Shown: in pieces, positions 53,327-62,098 of the stretch
Layout of the letters: each line of letters starts with the position of its first letter
Numbering within the stretch: position 1 is the first letter of the stretch
Source: Nitrospinaceae bacterium
GTDB lineage: Bacteria; Nitrospinota; Nitrospinia; Nitrospinales; Nitrospinaceae
Length of the DNA: 64,000 nucleotides
Reading direction: 5' to 3'
Assembly (NCBI GenBank): GCA_965237905.1
Contig: OZ250172.1
Coordinates: 192,001 to 256,000 of the forward strand
Translations under genes and position numbers: made by a program
The notes under the pieces: model-generated
The model's input: only the letters and a program-made list of their open reading frames with translations
Told to the model about the DNA's origin: nothing
The model's database searches: none

Positions 53327-53903
53327 AATGACTTACCCATTGTTCTTAGCGGATCCAGCCCTTGCTCTCGGCTCGCTTCGAATACCAGATCAAAAACGCC
53401 GTCACCACCAACTGCATCAGAACACCCATCCAAATTTCGAAGGAACTAAATCCGGCCACGCCAAATATATGCATCATTGACACAATCACGCCAAGGAGCG
53501 ACGCGATTAATACATAGAACGCGGCCGACTTCCTGAGCAGAAGCAGGAGACAGCCCAACGTTCCGCCGAAAACGGCTATCGCAAAAGCTGCGGTGGCCCA
53601 TGCGGGTCGGCCTTCGATTATCGGGCGATACGACTCAGGAAACGAGGCGAGCGAGTCTGCATTCATCTGTGCGAAGTAATTGATGACGCCCATAACATTA
53701 AAAATAAGTGTGACAACGCAAATTATCCAAAAACTCCAATGAACACCACCAACGTTTTCATCGTTCATTACATCCTCCTTCTGCCTGTAACTCCACAAGC
53801 AGTTCATCTGGAATTGCAAATAAGGAAAGTGAGTTGGGTAACAGGTGGGGTCGTTGATCAACCCGCTGACGATTCTACTTCTTTATATTTTATACCCTTG
53901 CCC
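53326..53903. repeat. ~575-bp direct repeat, copy 1 (membrane gene plus segment A)
   Basis: Nearly identical to 55007-55578. Confidence 0.95.
53346..53768 (-). CDS. Four-TM membrane protein, copy 1
   Basis: AAGGAGG RBS; HWSFWIIC...PAWATAAFAIAVFGGTLGCLLLLLRK...AESKGWIR. Confidence 0.85.
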   Translation of the reverse strand: MNDENVGGVHWSFWIICVVTLIFNVMGVINYFAQMNADSLASFPESYRPIIEGRPAWATAAFAIAVFGGTLGCLLLLLRKSAAFYVLIASLLGVIVSMMHIFGVAGFSSFEIWMGVLMQLVVTAFLIWYSKRAESKGWIR

Positions 53904-53990
53904 AAGCACAAGAAACCCCGCTCTAGTCGGGGCCTCATCCTGGTCCTCGGTTCTTCTTGTTATGCGCTGAGTCGAGGGGAAGGGCGGACC

Positions 53991-54479
53991 TTATCTGGAC
54001 CTGTGCGCTTCCAGCTCGATCTCGATCATGAACCCGGGCAGGGCGAGCCCTTTGACCTCGAGCCAGGTTCCGGTCGGAAACTGTTTTGTGTAGATCGAGT
54101 TACGATACGAAGCGACCTCGAGAAACTTCGCCATGTTGGTCGTATAGACGTTCTCAACCATCACGTCGTCGAAGGTATAGCCGTAGTGCTTCAGAACCTT
54201 ATCCAGATCGGAGTAAGCGTTTTTCATCTGCTGCTCCAAATCGCCGACAGCTGTCGGGTTGCCCTCATCATCCATGCTCACGGCGCCCGAGATCTTGATG
54301 TCATCACCGATCTTCACGGCATGCGTGTAGCCGTAGGCCTTTTCGACCTCCGGTCGCAAAAGGAAATACTCCGGCATTTCTTTCGCCAGCACGATCGTCT
54401 CGTCGGATTCCGGGCCGGGGCAGCCGGACAGGAAAGCCAGGAAGAGTGTTGCAAGGACGAGCAGTGATTTTTTGTTCAT
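53991..54479 (-). CDS. RidA/YjgF-family lipoprotein
   Basis: LSGC lipobox; YGYTHAVKIGD...SGAVS...FPTGTWLEVKGLALPGFMIEIELEA; stop abuts GCGGACC. Confidence 0.85.
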   Translation of the reverse strand: MNKKSLLVLATLFLAFLSGCPGPESDETIVLAKEMPEYFLLRPEVEKAYGYTHAVKIGDDIKISGAVSMDDEGNPTAVGDLEQQMKNAYSDLDKVLKHYGYTFDDVMVENVYTTNMAKFLEVASYRNSIYTKQFPTGTWLEVKGLALPGFMIEIELEAHRSR

Positions 54480-54502
54480 TGTTTTTCTCCTCAGATTTGT
54501 CG

Positions 54503-54619
54503 AATGTCCGCTTTGGGTCGATTCCAGCCACTTAAATTCTTAACTGAGACACACCCTTTAACTGGATAGTGTGCCCCAGTTTAAAACCGGGTGTCTCCAA
54601 ACGATCTAAAGCAGTCACT
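54503..54619. repeat. Palindromic element B, full copy
   Basis: AATGTCCGCTTTGGGTCG...AACTGAGACACACCC-TTTAAC-...CTCCAAACGATCTAAAGCAGTCACT; overlaps the cupin stop codon. Confidence 0.9.
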
Positions 54620-54992
54620 CAATATTATCAACCACTTGGCTTGGATAGGACATTTCCAGCACGACACATCCATCCTCTGATTTGAATGGTCCATGTATTT
54701 CACCGGGTGGTCGGCTTGCGTAGTCTCCAGCTTCAAGCCATTGATCAAAAGCAGTATCATAAATTCTGCCTTCCAGTATCATTATTTCTTCCGGGTAATC
54801 ATGACTTTTCTCACCAAATGCGGATGTATCTGCACCGGGTTTGAATCGGGTCAGCCTTGTATAGTCACCGGTTTCATGATCAATGGCTAGAGTCAACTCC
54901 TCCGCATACTCTTCCATACCGTCAATTGGACTCCAAAGAGATTTATTTTCAATCTGCAATGGGTTCCAGTATGTTTTAGTTGTCTTAGCCAT
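54615..54992 (-). CDS. ChrR-like cupin domain protein
   Basis: YTRLTRFKPG...HDYPEEIMILEG.IYD...AGDYASRPPGEIHGPF. Confidence 0.85.
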   Translation of the reverse strand: MAKTTKTYWNPLQIENKSLWSPIDGMEEYAEELTLAIDHETGDYTRLTRFKPGADTSAFGEKSHDYPEEIMILEGRIYDTAFDQWLEAGDYASRPPGEIHGPFKSEDGCVVLEMSYPSQVVDNIE

Positions 54993-55006
54993 TATATATT
55001 CTCCAT

Positions 55007-55578
55007 TAATGACTTACCCATTGTTCTTAGCGGATCCAGCCCTTGCTCTCGGCTCGCTTCGAATACCAGATCAAAAACGCCGTCACCACCAACTGCATCA
55101 GAACACCCATCCAAATTTCGAAGGAACTAAATCCGGCCACGCCAAATATATGCATCATTGACACAATCACGCCAAGGAGCGACGCGATTAATACATAGAA
55201 CGCGGCCGACTTCCTGAGCAGAAGCAGGAGACAGCCCAACGTTCCGCCGAAAACGGCTATCGCAAAAGCTGCGGTGGCCCATGCGGGTCGGCCTTCGATT
55301 ATCGGGCGATACGACTCAGGAAACGAGGCGAGCGAGTCTGCATTCATCTGTGCGAAGTAATTGATGGCGCCCATAACATTAAAAATAAGTGTGACAACGC
55401 AAATTATCCAAAAACTCCAATGAACACCACCAACGGTCTCATCGTTCATTACGTCCTCCTTCTGCCTGTAACTCAGTTCATCTGAAATTGCAAATAAGGA
55501 AAGTTTTGTTGGGTAAAAGGTGGGCTCGTTGATCAACCCGCTGACGACTCTACTTCTTTATACTTTATACCCTTGCCC
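55007..55578. repeat. ~575-bp direct repeat, copy 2
   Basis: Nearly identical to 53326-53903. Confidence 0.95.
55027..55449 (-). CDS. Four-TM membrane protein, copy 2
   Basis: Differs from copy 1 at only two residues I can see (DEN/DET, MGV/MGA). Confidence 0.85.
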   Translation of the reverse strand: MNDETVGGVHWSFWIICVVTLIFNVMGAINYFAQMNADSLASFPESYRPIIEGRPAWATAAFAIAVFGGTLGCLLLLLRKSAAFYVLIASLLGVIVSMMHIFGVAGFSSFEIWMGVLMQLVVTAFLIWYSKRAESKGWIR

Positions 55579-55591
55579 GCTTTTAGCAAAG

Positions 55592-55654
55592 CTTTGACCG
55601 GGGTGTGTCTCAATTTGAAGGCGACTGTCTCCAAACGACCAAAAGCGGACCTTA
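55592..55654. repeat. Palindromic element B, right half
   Basis: CTTTGACCGGGGTGTGTCTCAATTTGAAGGCGACTGTCTCCAAACGACCAAAAGCGGACC-TTA (TTA is the stop of the next gene). Confidence 0.9.
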
Positions 55655-56089
55655 ACTAGTTACGCTGGCCCACAGATAAACAACAAACGACAACCCGCTG
55701 ACTATGCTCCGTACCCAATGCCGGGGCGCCCATTGATTTAGCAAGTCTTCAGTTTCCGAATCCGAGCGTTGCGCATTTGGATCCAACAACTGATCGTTGA
55801 TCGGCTTGAGCACGACTACCGTGAACGGAATGATGAAAACCAGAAGCGCGGCTCCGATGGCCCAAAGAGGATCGCGTAATAGATACCACTGAATGAGTCC
55901 CGCCAGTGTACCGCCGACCGCTGAGAATATTTGCATAGGCGCGGCGAGATTGTACATCGGAGGAAAAAACTTGGCCGCAAACGGAACGCCTGCTTTCATT
56001 GAGGCCGGATGTTGTGCAACAGAGATGTAAACTGCTGCCCCAAAGAATGTTCCGCACAGAAAAAGCGCGATGATCTCAACGAAAATCAT
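55652..56089 (-). CDS. DUF1772 (anthrone oxygenase-like) membrane protein
   Basis: FFGAAVYISVAQHPA...F.PMY..AAPMQ...IPFTVVVLKPINDQLL...LL.QW...HWVRS. Confidence 0.82.
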   Translation of the reverse strand: MIFVEIIALFLCGTFFGAAVYISVAQHPASMKAGVPFAAKFFPPMYNLAAPMQIFSAVGGTLAGLIQWYLLRDPLWAIGAALLVFIIPFTVVVLKPINDQLLDPNAQRSDSETEDLLNQWAPRHWVRSIVSGLSFVVYLWASVTS

Positions 56090-56131
56090 TTGTATTTACC
56101 CGGTTAGTGATTTTACGAAATTGAAACTCAT

Positions 56132-56246
56132 AATGTCTGATTTGGGTCGATTCCAGCCATTTAAATTCCTAACTGACTCACACCCTTTGACCGGATAGTG
56201 CCTCAGTTTGAAGCCGACTGTCTCCAAACAGTCTAGAACGGACGCT
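56132..56246. repeat. Palindromic element B, full copy
   Basis: AATGTCTGATTTGGGTCGATTCCAGCCATTTAAATTCCTAACTGACTCACACCCTTTGACCGGATAGTGCCTCAGTTTGAAGCCGACTGTCTCCAAACAGTCTAGAACGGACGCT. Confidence 0.9.
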
Positions 56247-56280
56247 TCACTACTTAGGGAGATTTTGGAAACCATGAAGT

Positions 56281-56895
56281 TTATCTCTTACGCTCCCATC
56301 GCTTAACATAGTCGTTTATATACCAGTCAAAGAGCTTCTTTAGACTTTCTTCGGAGAAAAGTGATTCATCATATTTTGTCCCGCCTTGTTTTTCTGCGCA
56401 ATCCAGTCTCATGTCTTGAGTATCGGGTCCTTCAGAACCTATGTAACCAAAAACGGGGTTTAATTTTTCGGCAACACCTTTACAACATTCAGCAAATTTT
56501 TGTAGCTTCTTGAAATCAGCTTGGCTGGAATCTTCCGTGAACCCCCAGAGAACATCTTCGCAAATACTGACGGAAACACCAGCATTATCAAAATCAACCA
56601 CAAGAGACAAGTATGTGTATGCATCGACCAACCAGCCGATAAAATTGACTATACAATGGCTTACTTTGTGACCCTCTGTATAAGCCAAAAACTCTTCCAT
56701 CTCTCCCGCAGAAGCGACTTTATCTGGAACGATCGGATCATCACCATAGGCCAACAAAGGTTCTGCTTCTAACAGGGCAAATCCGCGGCTGTTAATTATT
56801 TTTATTAGCGTCAGTAAGCTTCCAACTGGAAGTTCTTTGCATGACAACAAACATTCTAAGTCTGCACCTCCGATAGATGGCTTACGGTGTTCCAT
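56281..56895 (-). CDS. Hypothetical acidic protein (cassette-like cargo)
   Basis: 204-aa ORF between element copies; no motif confidently recognised. Confidence 0.65.
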   Translation of the reverse strand: MEHRKPSIGGADLECLLSCKELPVGSLLTLIKIINSRGFALLEAEPLLAYGDDPIVPDKVASAGEMEEFLAYTEGHKVSHCIVNFIGWLVDAYTYLSLVVDFDNAGVSVSICEDVLWGFTEDSSQADFKKLQKFAECCKGVAEKLNPVFGYIGSEGPDTQDMRLDCAEKQGGTKYDESLFSEESLKKLFDWYINDYVKRWERKR

Positions 56896-56925
56896 GGTTA
56901 TGGCCTTACAATTTCCATAGGATTG

Positions 56926-56936
56926 AATGTCCGCCT
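56926..56936. repeat. Element B left-end stub
   Basis: AATGTCCGCCT immediately adjacent to the stop codon at 56937. Confidence 0.5.
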
Positions 56937-57620
56937 TTAAGGCAACTCATTAATTGTTAAGAATCTTTCTGTATCCTCATCACCTAAAAGTAATACAGGT
57001 TCAGGGCCACCATCGAAATTTTTTATTGCGGCAATTAAAAAGTGCTTAGTTTGAGAACGAAGAAATGAATGAGCTTTAATAGTGACTATATGTTTACCAT
57101 CACCTGCCCATGATTTATCTTTATTTTCCCCCCAGTATGGAGAACCTACTGGTATTTCATTTGAAACACGCCTTGGGAAAGTAGCGATTCTGTATTTTTT
57201 ACATAGATTATCTTCAACTAAATCAAATTTATCTTGGGTCAAGATAAATTTACTAACAGCATGATCAATTGAAGCATATTGAGTTACTTGAATTGAAAGA
57301 CGGACATTTTTAATTCTTGTTACAAATTGCAAGCCACAAATTGCCTGATAATAATATTCATTATCTTGAAACTTAGATCCTAATACAAAATGATCTACAA
57401 TAAATATCTTTTGTTTACTTTTGAGCCATTCCCTAAAATTTGATTGCTCATTAAATAGGTCTGAATATATAACACCTATTAAAAAAAATAATGAAACAAC
57501 AAATAGCCATATCCAAGGAAGATTTGCATATTTTGAGTTAAAGTGTTGCGTTAGCCATTGCTGCGATAGCCACACAGTAAGCGTAATAAAGGTAGAAATA
57601 CCTGGCAATGCATACTTCAA
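56937..57620 (-). CDS. AT-rich hypothetical protein with two N-terminal TM helices
   Basis: 227-aa ORF, visibly more AT-rich than asd next door; GAGGAG RBS upstream. Confidence 0.7.
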   Translation of the reverse strand: MKYALPGISTFITLTVWLSQQWLTQHFNSKYANLPWIWLFVVSLFFLIGVIYSDLFNEQSNFREWLKSKQKIFIVDHFVLGSKFQDNEYYYQAICGLQFVTRIKNVRLSIQVTQYASIDHAVSKFILTQDKFDLVEDNLCKKYRIATFPRRVSNEIPVGSPYWGENKDKSWAGDGKHIVTIKAHSFLRSQTKHFLIAAIKNFDGGPEPVLLLGDEDTERFLTINELP

Positions 57621-57645
57621 TATTGGCTCCTCATAATAAGGAAGA

Positions 57646-58659
57646 TTATCTACGGATCAAAACCTCGGCAATCTGGATGGCGTTCAGGGCGGCGCCTTTG
57701 CGTAGATTATCCGCCACAATCCACAGGTTGACGGCACGCGGATTATCGAGGTCGGCGCGGATGCGTCCGACCATCACCTCATCCCTGCCGGCGGCGTCCA
57801 CCGCCAGGGGATATTCGCCTTTCCCCGGAGCGTCCACCAGGCGCACCCCCGGCGCTGAACTCAAAATGTTTTTGAGTTCCTTCACATCTATTACTTGTTC
57901 CGTTTCCACATTGACGGCCTCGGAATGCGCATAAAACACGGGCACGCGAACCGTGGTCGGCGACACTTGAATAGAATCGTCTTCCAGGATTTTCCGGGTC
58001 TCGTTCACCATCTTCATCTCTTCCTTGGTATAACCCGTATCCAGAAACGTATCGATGTGCGGCAGGCAATTGAAAGCGATCTGATGGGGATAGACATCTG
58101 TCTCAGCCGGCTGTTCGTTCAGGACCTGACTGCTTTGCGCTTTCAACTCTTCGATGGCGCTTTGACCCGTGCCCGACACGGACTGGTAAGTCGACACCAC
58201 CACCCGTTTGATCGTGTAGCGGTCATGAATCGGCTTCAACGCCACCACCATCTGGATGGTGGAGCAATTGGGGTTGGCGATGATTCCCGGGTTGTTGCCA
58301 ATGGCGTGCGGGTTGATCTCCGGCACCACCAGCGGAATGCCCTTTTCCATGCGGAAGGCACTGCTGTTATCGATCACCCGGCACCCCGCTTTTGCGGCGA
58401 TGGGGCAAAATTCCAAGCTGACCGATCCCCCGGCGGAGAACAGGGCGATATCCAGTCCTGCAAAGGAATCTGCTTTCAATTCCTGCACGGTAATTTTCTT
58501 GCCATTGAATTCCACCTGCTTGCCGGCCGAACGCGAAGAAGCCAGCGGCACCAGTTTGCCGACGGGAAACTTCCGCTCTTCCAGAATGGACAGCAGAGTC
58601 CGGCCCACCGCTCCGGTGGCTCCGACGACTGCGACATCATATTTAGTCTTCTTTTTCAC
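57646..58659 (-). CDS. asd: Aspartate-semialdehyde dehydrogenase
   Basis: VVGATGAVG, DNSSAFRM, ANPNCSTIQ, STYQSVSG, DNLRKGAALNA. Confidence 0.97.
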   Translation of the reverse strand: MKKKTKYDVAVVGATGAVGRTLLSILEERKFPVGKLVPLASSRSAGKQVEFNGKKITVQELKADSFAGLDIALFSAGGSVSLEFCPIAAKAGCRVIDNSSAFRMEKGIPLVVPEINPHAIGNNPGIIANPNCSTIQMVVALKPIHDRYTIKRVVVSTYQSVSGTGQSAIEELKAQSSQVLNEQPAETDVYPHQIAFNCLPHIDTFLDTGYTKEEMKMVNETRKILEDDSIQVSPTTVRVPVFYAHSEAVNVETEQVIDVKELKNILSSAPGVRLVDAPGKGEYPLAVDAAGRDEVMVGRIRADLDNPRAVNLWIVADNLRKGAALNAIQIAEVLIRR

Positions 58660-59747
58660 TACAACTGTTTCTCCAATTCTTCAGCCACCCGGTCTCCCAT
58701 AGCCGCGCAACCGATTTCTTTTCCGCTATTGGACAGGATGTCTCTGGTCCGGTAACCCTGCCCCAATACCTCATCAACTACCTTTTCTAATATAGTATTT
58801 ACATCCTCTAAGCTAAAGGAATACTTGAACATCATACCCACCGACAGAATCGTCGCCAGCGGGTTGGCGATGTCCTTTCCGGCGATATCCGGCGCGCTTC
58901 CATGAATAGGTTCGTACATGGCGGTTTTGCCCCCAAGGCTGGCCGAGGGCAACATGCCGATGGAGCCGGTCAGCATCGACGCCTGGTCGCTCAGGATATC
59001 CCCGAACATGTTGGTGGTCACGATGACGTCGAACTGCTTGGGATTGCGCACCAACTGCATGGCGCAATTGTCCACATACATGTGGGACAGCGTGATGTCC
59101 TTGTAATCTTCATGAACTTTGGTGACGATCTCGCGCCACAGGCCGGTGCATTCCAAAACATTGGCCTTGTCGATGGAGTAAACGTTTTTATCCCGCTTGC
59201 CCGCCACGTCGAAGGCCACCCTGGCGATGCGCTCTATCTCCGGCTCCGTGTAGACCAGCGTGTTGACGCCCTTGCGGGTGCCATCTGCCAGGGTTTCCAC
59301 GCCGCGCGGCTCGCCGAAATAGATGCCGCCGGTCAATTCCCGGACCACCATGATATCCAGTCCCTCCACTACTTCCGGCTTGAGGGTCGATGCCTCCGTC
59401 AGCGGAGCGAAGATTTTGGCGGGGCGCAGATTGGCGAACAATCCCAGGCTGGAACGCAGTCCCAGCAAAGCCCGCTCCGGCCGCAGGGAAAAATCGATCG
59501 TCTCCCACTTCGGCCCTCCGACCGCGCCCAGCAATACCGCATCGGCAGACAGCGCGGCTTTGAGCGTATCTTTCGGCAGAGGATGACCGTCGGCCTCGTA
59601 CCCGGCACCGCCCACGGGAGCTTCTATCAATTTCAGCTTGAGATTCTTTTTGCTCTCGACGATTTTCAGGATTTTTACGGCCTCGCGAATCACTTCGGGA
59701 CCGATGCCGTCTCCGGGTAACACGGTAATATTGAATTTCTGACTCAT
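58659..59747 (-). CDS. leuB: 3-isopropylmalate dehydrogenase
   Basis: [42 protein letters not shown]. Confidence 0.96.
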   Translation of the reverse strand: MSQKFNITVLPGDGIGPEVIREAVKILKIVESKKNLKLKLIEAPVGGAGYEADGHPLPKDTLKAALSADAVLLGAVGGPKWETIDFSLRPERALLGLRSSLGLFANLRPAKIFAPLTEASTLKPEVVEGLDIMVVRELTGGIYFGEPRGVETLADGTRKGVNTLVYTEPEIERIARVAFDVAGKRDKNVYSIDKANVLECTGLWREIVTKVHEDYKDITLSHMYVDNCAMQLVRNPKQFDVIVTTNMFGDILSDQASMLTGSIGMLPSASLGGKTAMYEPIHGSAPDIAGKDIANPLATILSVGMMFKYSFSLEDVNTILEKVVDEVLGQGYRTRDILSNSGKEIGCAAMGDRVAEELEKQL

Positions 59748-59908
59748 CAAAAAAACCCTTCTAAACGCGTTGAATGGATTTGAAAAAGAAGAGCATTATA
59801 CCCGAAAACCCCGTCGCCCTCTACCGAGGGAGGAAACTTGCTATCGGTTAACGGCGAACGACGATCATAGAGCGCAATTCAGAATTTTAAAATTATCCAC
59901 GGCGATTC

Positions 59909-60021
59909 GTAGCCCGATAAATCGGGCAACTACAAAAGCAAAAGGAAGAATCCCCCCAGCCCCCTTTACAAGGGGGAGCTTTAGACCACCCCTCACCCTG
60001 CCCTCTCCCAGGGAGAGAGGA
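59909..60021. repeat. Cluster of REP-like palindromes
   Basis: Minus-strand GTAG-TTGCCCGA-TTTA-TCGGGC (59909-59933); TCCCCCCAGCCCCCTTTACAAGGGGGAG; CCCTCACCCTGCCCTCTCCCAGGGAGAGAGG. Confidence 0.65.
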
Positions 60022-60050
60022 GATGTGTGTGATCCTGTTATCCTGTCTGC

Positions 60051-60851
60051 TTAAGGTTTTCTCTGCGTCCTCCGGCCTTTACGTTCTTTTAGCTTTTTTC
60101 CGGTAGGTCTTCTGCCATAGACCACCTTGACCAGGTAGAGTCCGCGGGAGGGAGCGGTGGGGCCGGCCATCAGCCGGTCTTTCGATTTCAGAATTACCTT
60201 CATTTGCTCCGGCGGCCGTTTGCCCCAGCCGATTTCGATCAACGTGCCGACAATGATGCGAACCATGTACTTCAGGAATCCACTGCCATCGACCGTGATC
60301 CGGATAAAATCATCCTCTTTCGCAATGGACAGCCGGTAAATTTCGCGCAGGGTGGTTTTAGAGGTACAGCCGGCGCTCTGGAAGGCTTTGAAATCTTTTC
60401 GTCCCACCAGACACCGGGCGGCCTTTCGCATGGCGGTCACATTCAGCGTCGGAGTCGCGATGTAATGCGCCACCCGGCAGTGCAGGGCCGAGGGGTAATC
60501 CCGGTTCAAAATCGTGTGCCGGTAGGTTTTGCGGGTGGCGGATATCTGCGCATGGAAATCGGGCTTTGCCTCCTCGACCTTTTTCACCACGATATCGGAA
60601 GGAAGCAGGCTGTTCAGAGCTTTCAGAAACTCCCCCGGTGTCATGGCAGAGGATGTTTGAAAATGAGCCACCTGCCCTTCGGCATGCACCCCGGAATCGG
60701 TTCGGCCCGATCCGATCACCCGGATCTTTTCCTGGGTAATTTTATGCAGTTTGGCCTCCAAAACCTCCTGGATGCTCACCTCATTGGGCTGGAGTTGCCA
60801 GCCGTGGTAGCGGGTGCCCTCATATTCCAACAGGAGCTTGATTTTTCTCAT
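60051..60851 (-). CDS. truA: tRNA pseudouridine(38-40) synthase
   Basis: YEGTRYHGWQ.Q, GSGRTDSGVHAEGQVAHF, GFLKYMVRIIVGTL, AGPTAP..GLYL. Confidence 0.96.
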   Translation of the reverse strand: MRKIKLLLEYEGTRYHGWQLQPNEVSIQEVLEAKLHKITQEKIRVIGSGRTDSGVHAEGQVAHFQTSSAMTPGEFLKALNSLLPSDIVVKKVEEAKPDFHAQISATRKTYRHTILNRDYPSALHCRVAHYIATPTLNVTAMRKAARCLVGRKDFKAFQSAGCTSKTTLREIYRLSIAKEDDFIRITVDGSGFLKYMVRIIVGTLIEIGWGKRPPEQMKVILKSKDRLMAGPTAPSRGLYLVKVVYGRRPTGKKLKERKGRRTQRKP

Positions 60852-60877
60852 TTTAGGAGACCTCAGCCGAAAAATAT

Positions 60878-60917
60878 AAAAAGCGCGCCGGCATTGCACC
60901 GGCGCGCTTTTCTTTTT
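60878..60917. terminator. Strong bidirectional-looking terminator hairpin in the divergent truA/mrp intergenic region
   Basis: AAAAAGCGCGCCGG-CATTGCA-CCGGCGCGCTTTTCTTTTT. Confidence 0.75.
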
Positions 60918-61195
60918 ATTCGACTCCCTTTAAAAACTCAAGGGATTTATCCGATTTTATAATCGGATTTCATGGTGGTCTTTCGTAAATGAATTGTCAG
61001 GTGGTTTCAAGCTCCTTGTATTCTCCTTACAAGTTAGTCAAACCTTCAAGTGGCAATATAATCCCATTTCCTGATTTCGCAACATTTTTCAATTCTGCGG
61101 AACCTTTTCATCCTTTGGACCGCTCTTGTGATACAATACCGCCAATCCAAATAGCCAAGAATCTTGTATCTCTTGTAAAAATAAGGAGTTTATCT

Positions 61196-62089
61196 ATGAA
61201 AACCTATGATGACCTGGCGGGCGACGGCGGGTCCAACGTCATAGAACAAGTTGTTTCCCAAAGAGAAAAACTGCGGAAACGGCTCGATCCCATCAAACAC
61301 AAAATTTCCGTGATGAGCGGTAAGGGCGGCGTCGGAAAAAGTTCCATCACCGCCAATATGGCAGTCTGCCTGGCCTCGCTGGGACATAAAGTGGGTATCC
61401 TGGACGCCGATTTGAACGGTCCCAGCATCGGGAAACTGCTCAATGTGCCCCACTCCGATAAACTGAAAATCGGTCCCGAAGGGGTTCAACCCGCGATCGG
61501 CGCCCTGGGCATCAAAATCATGTCCATGGATATGCTTCTGCCCAGCCCCGATTCGCCGGTCATGTGGAACGAAGGCAAAGACGCCACTGCGGTCTGGATC
61601 AGCATGATGGAATCCCAGGCCCTGCGCGAATTGCTGACCGATACCATCTGGGGCGAGTTGGATTATCTTATCATCGACATGCCGCCCGGAAGCGACCGCA
61701 TCGACAATGTGCGCGACCTGATCCCGGAATTGGCCGGCGTGGTGGAGATCACCATCCCTTCCCCCATTTCCCAGCATATTGTTTCCAAATCGATCACCAA
61801 AAGCAATCAACTCGGGGTTTCCATTATCGGGCTGATCGAAAACATGGCGACTTACGTTTGCCCGCATTGCAATGAAGAGGGCAAGCTGTTTGAAGGCGAA
61901 GACGTGGAAAAACTGTCCAAAGAGAAAAAGATTCCCCTGCTGGGCCGCATCCCGTTCGACACGCGGGTGTCCCGTCAAACCGGATCGGGCAAACTGTTCT
62001 TTGAAGAACACGCCGACTCGGTCACCGGGCAGGCCATTTCTCAGGTGGTCGACAACATATTAAAATTCATCAAAAATAAATCCAATTAA
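61196..62089 (+). CDS. Mrp/ApbC/NBP35-family P-loop ATPase (paralog 1)
   Basis: SGKGGVGKSS, DADLNGPSI, WGELDYLIIDMPPG, ENM..YVCPHC; AAGGAG RBS before ATG 61196. Confidence 0.92.
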   Translation: MKTYDDLAGDGGSNVIEQVVSQREKLRKRLDPIKHKISVMSGKGGVGKSSITANMAVCLASLGHKVGILDADLNGPSIGKLLNVPHSDKLKIGPEGVQPAIGALGIKIMSMDMLLPSPDSPVMWNEGKDATAVWISMMESQALRELLTDTIWGELDYLIIDMPPGSDRIDNVRDLIPELAGVVEITIPSPISQHIVSKSITKSNQLGVSIIGLIENMATYVCPHCNEEGKLFEGEDVEKLSKEKKIPLLGRIPFDTRVSRQTGSGKLFFEEHADSVTGQAISQVVDNILKFIKNKSN

Positions 62090-62098
62090 GGAGCGACA

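Noticed and set aside
53739..54467. 242-aa + strand ORF in the island
   Set aside because: Antisense to the RidA-family gene and runs through repeat segment A; no motif.
50011..56246. CRISPR array interpretation of element B repeats
   Set aside because: Repeats are ~115 bp and separated by whole genes, not 25-45 bp repeats with short spacers; no cas genes seen.
53040..57640. Canonical integron/CALIN
   Set aside because: No RYYYAAC...GTTRRRY ends on the repeats and no IntI-like integrase; a lone minus-strand GCATAAC near 53959-53965 has no matching partner box that I can find.
60947..61010. Leader peptide for leuB attenuation
   Set aside because: The small minus-strand ORFs (MKSDYKIG; LKPPDNSF...) have no run of Leu or other regulatory codons.
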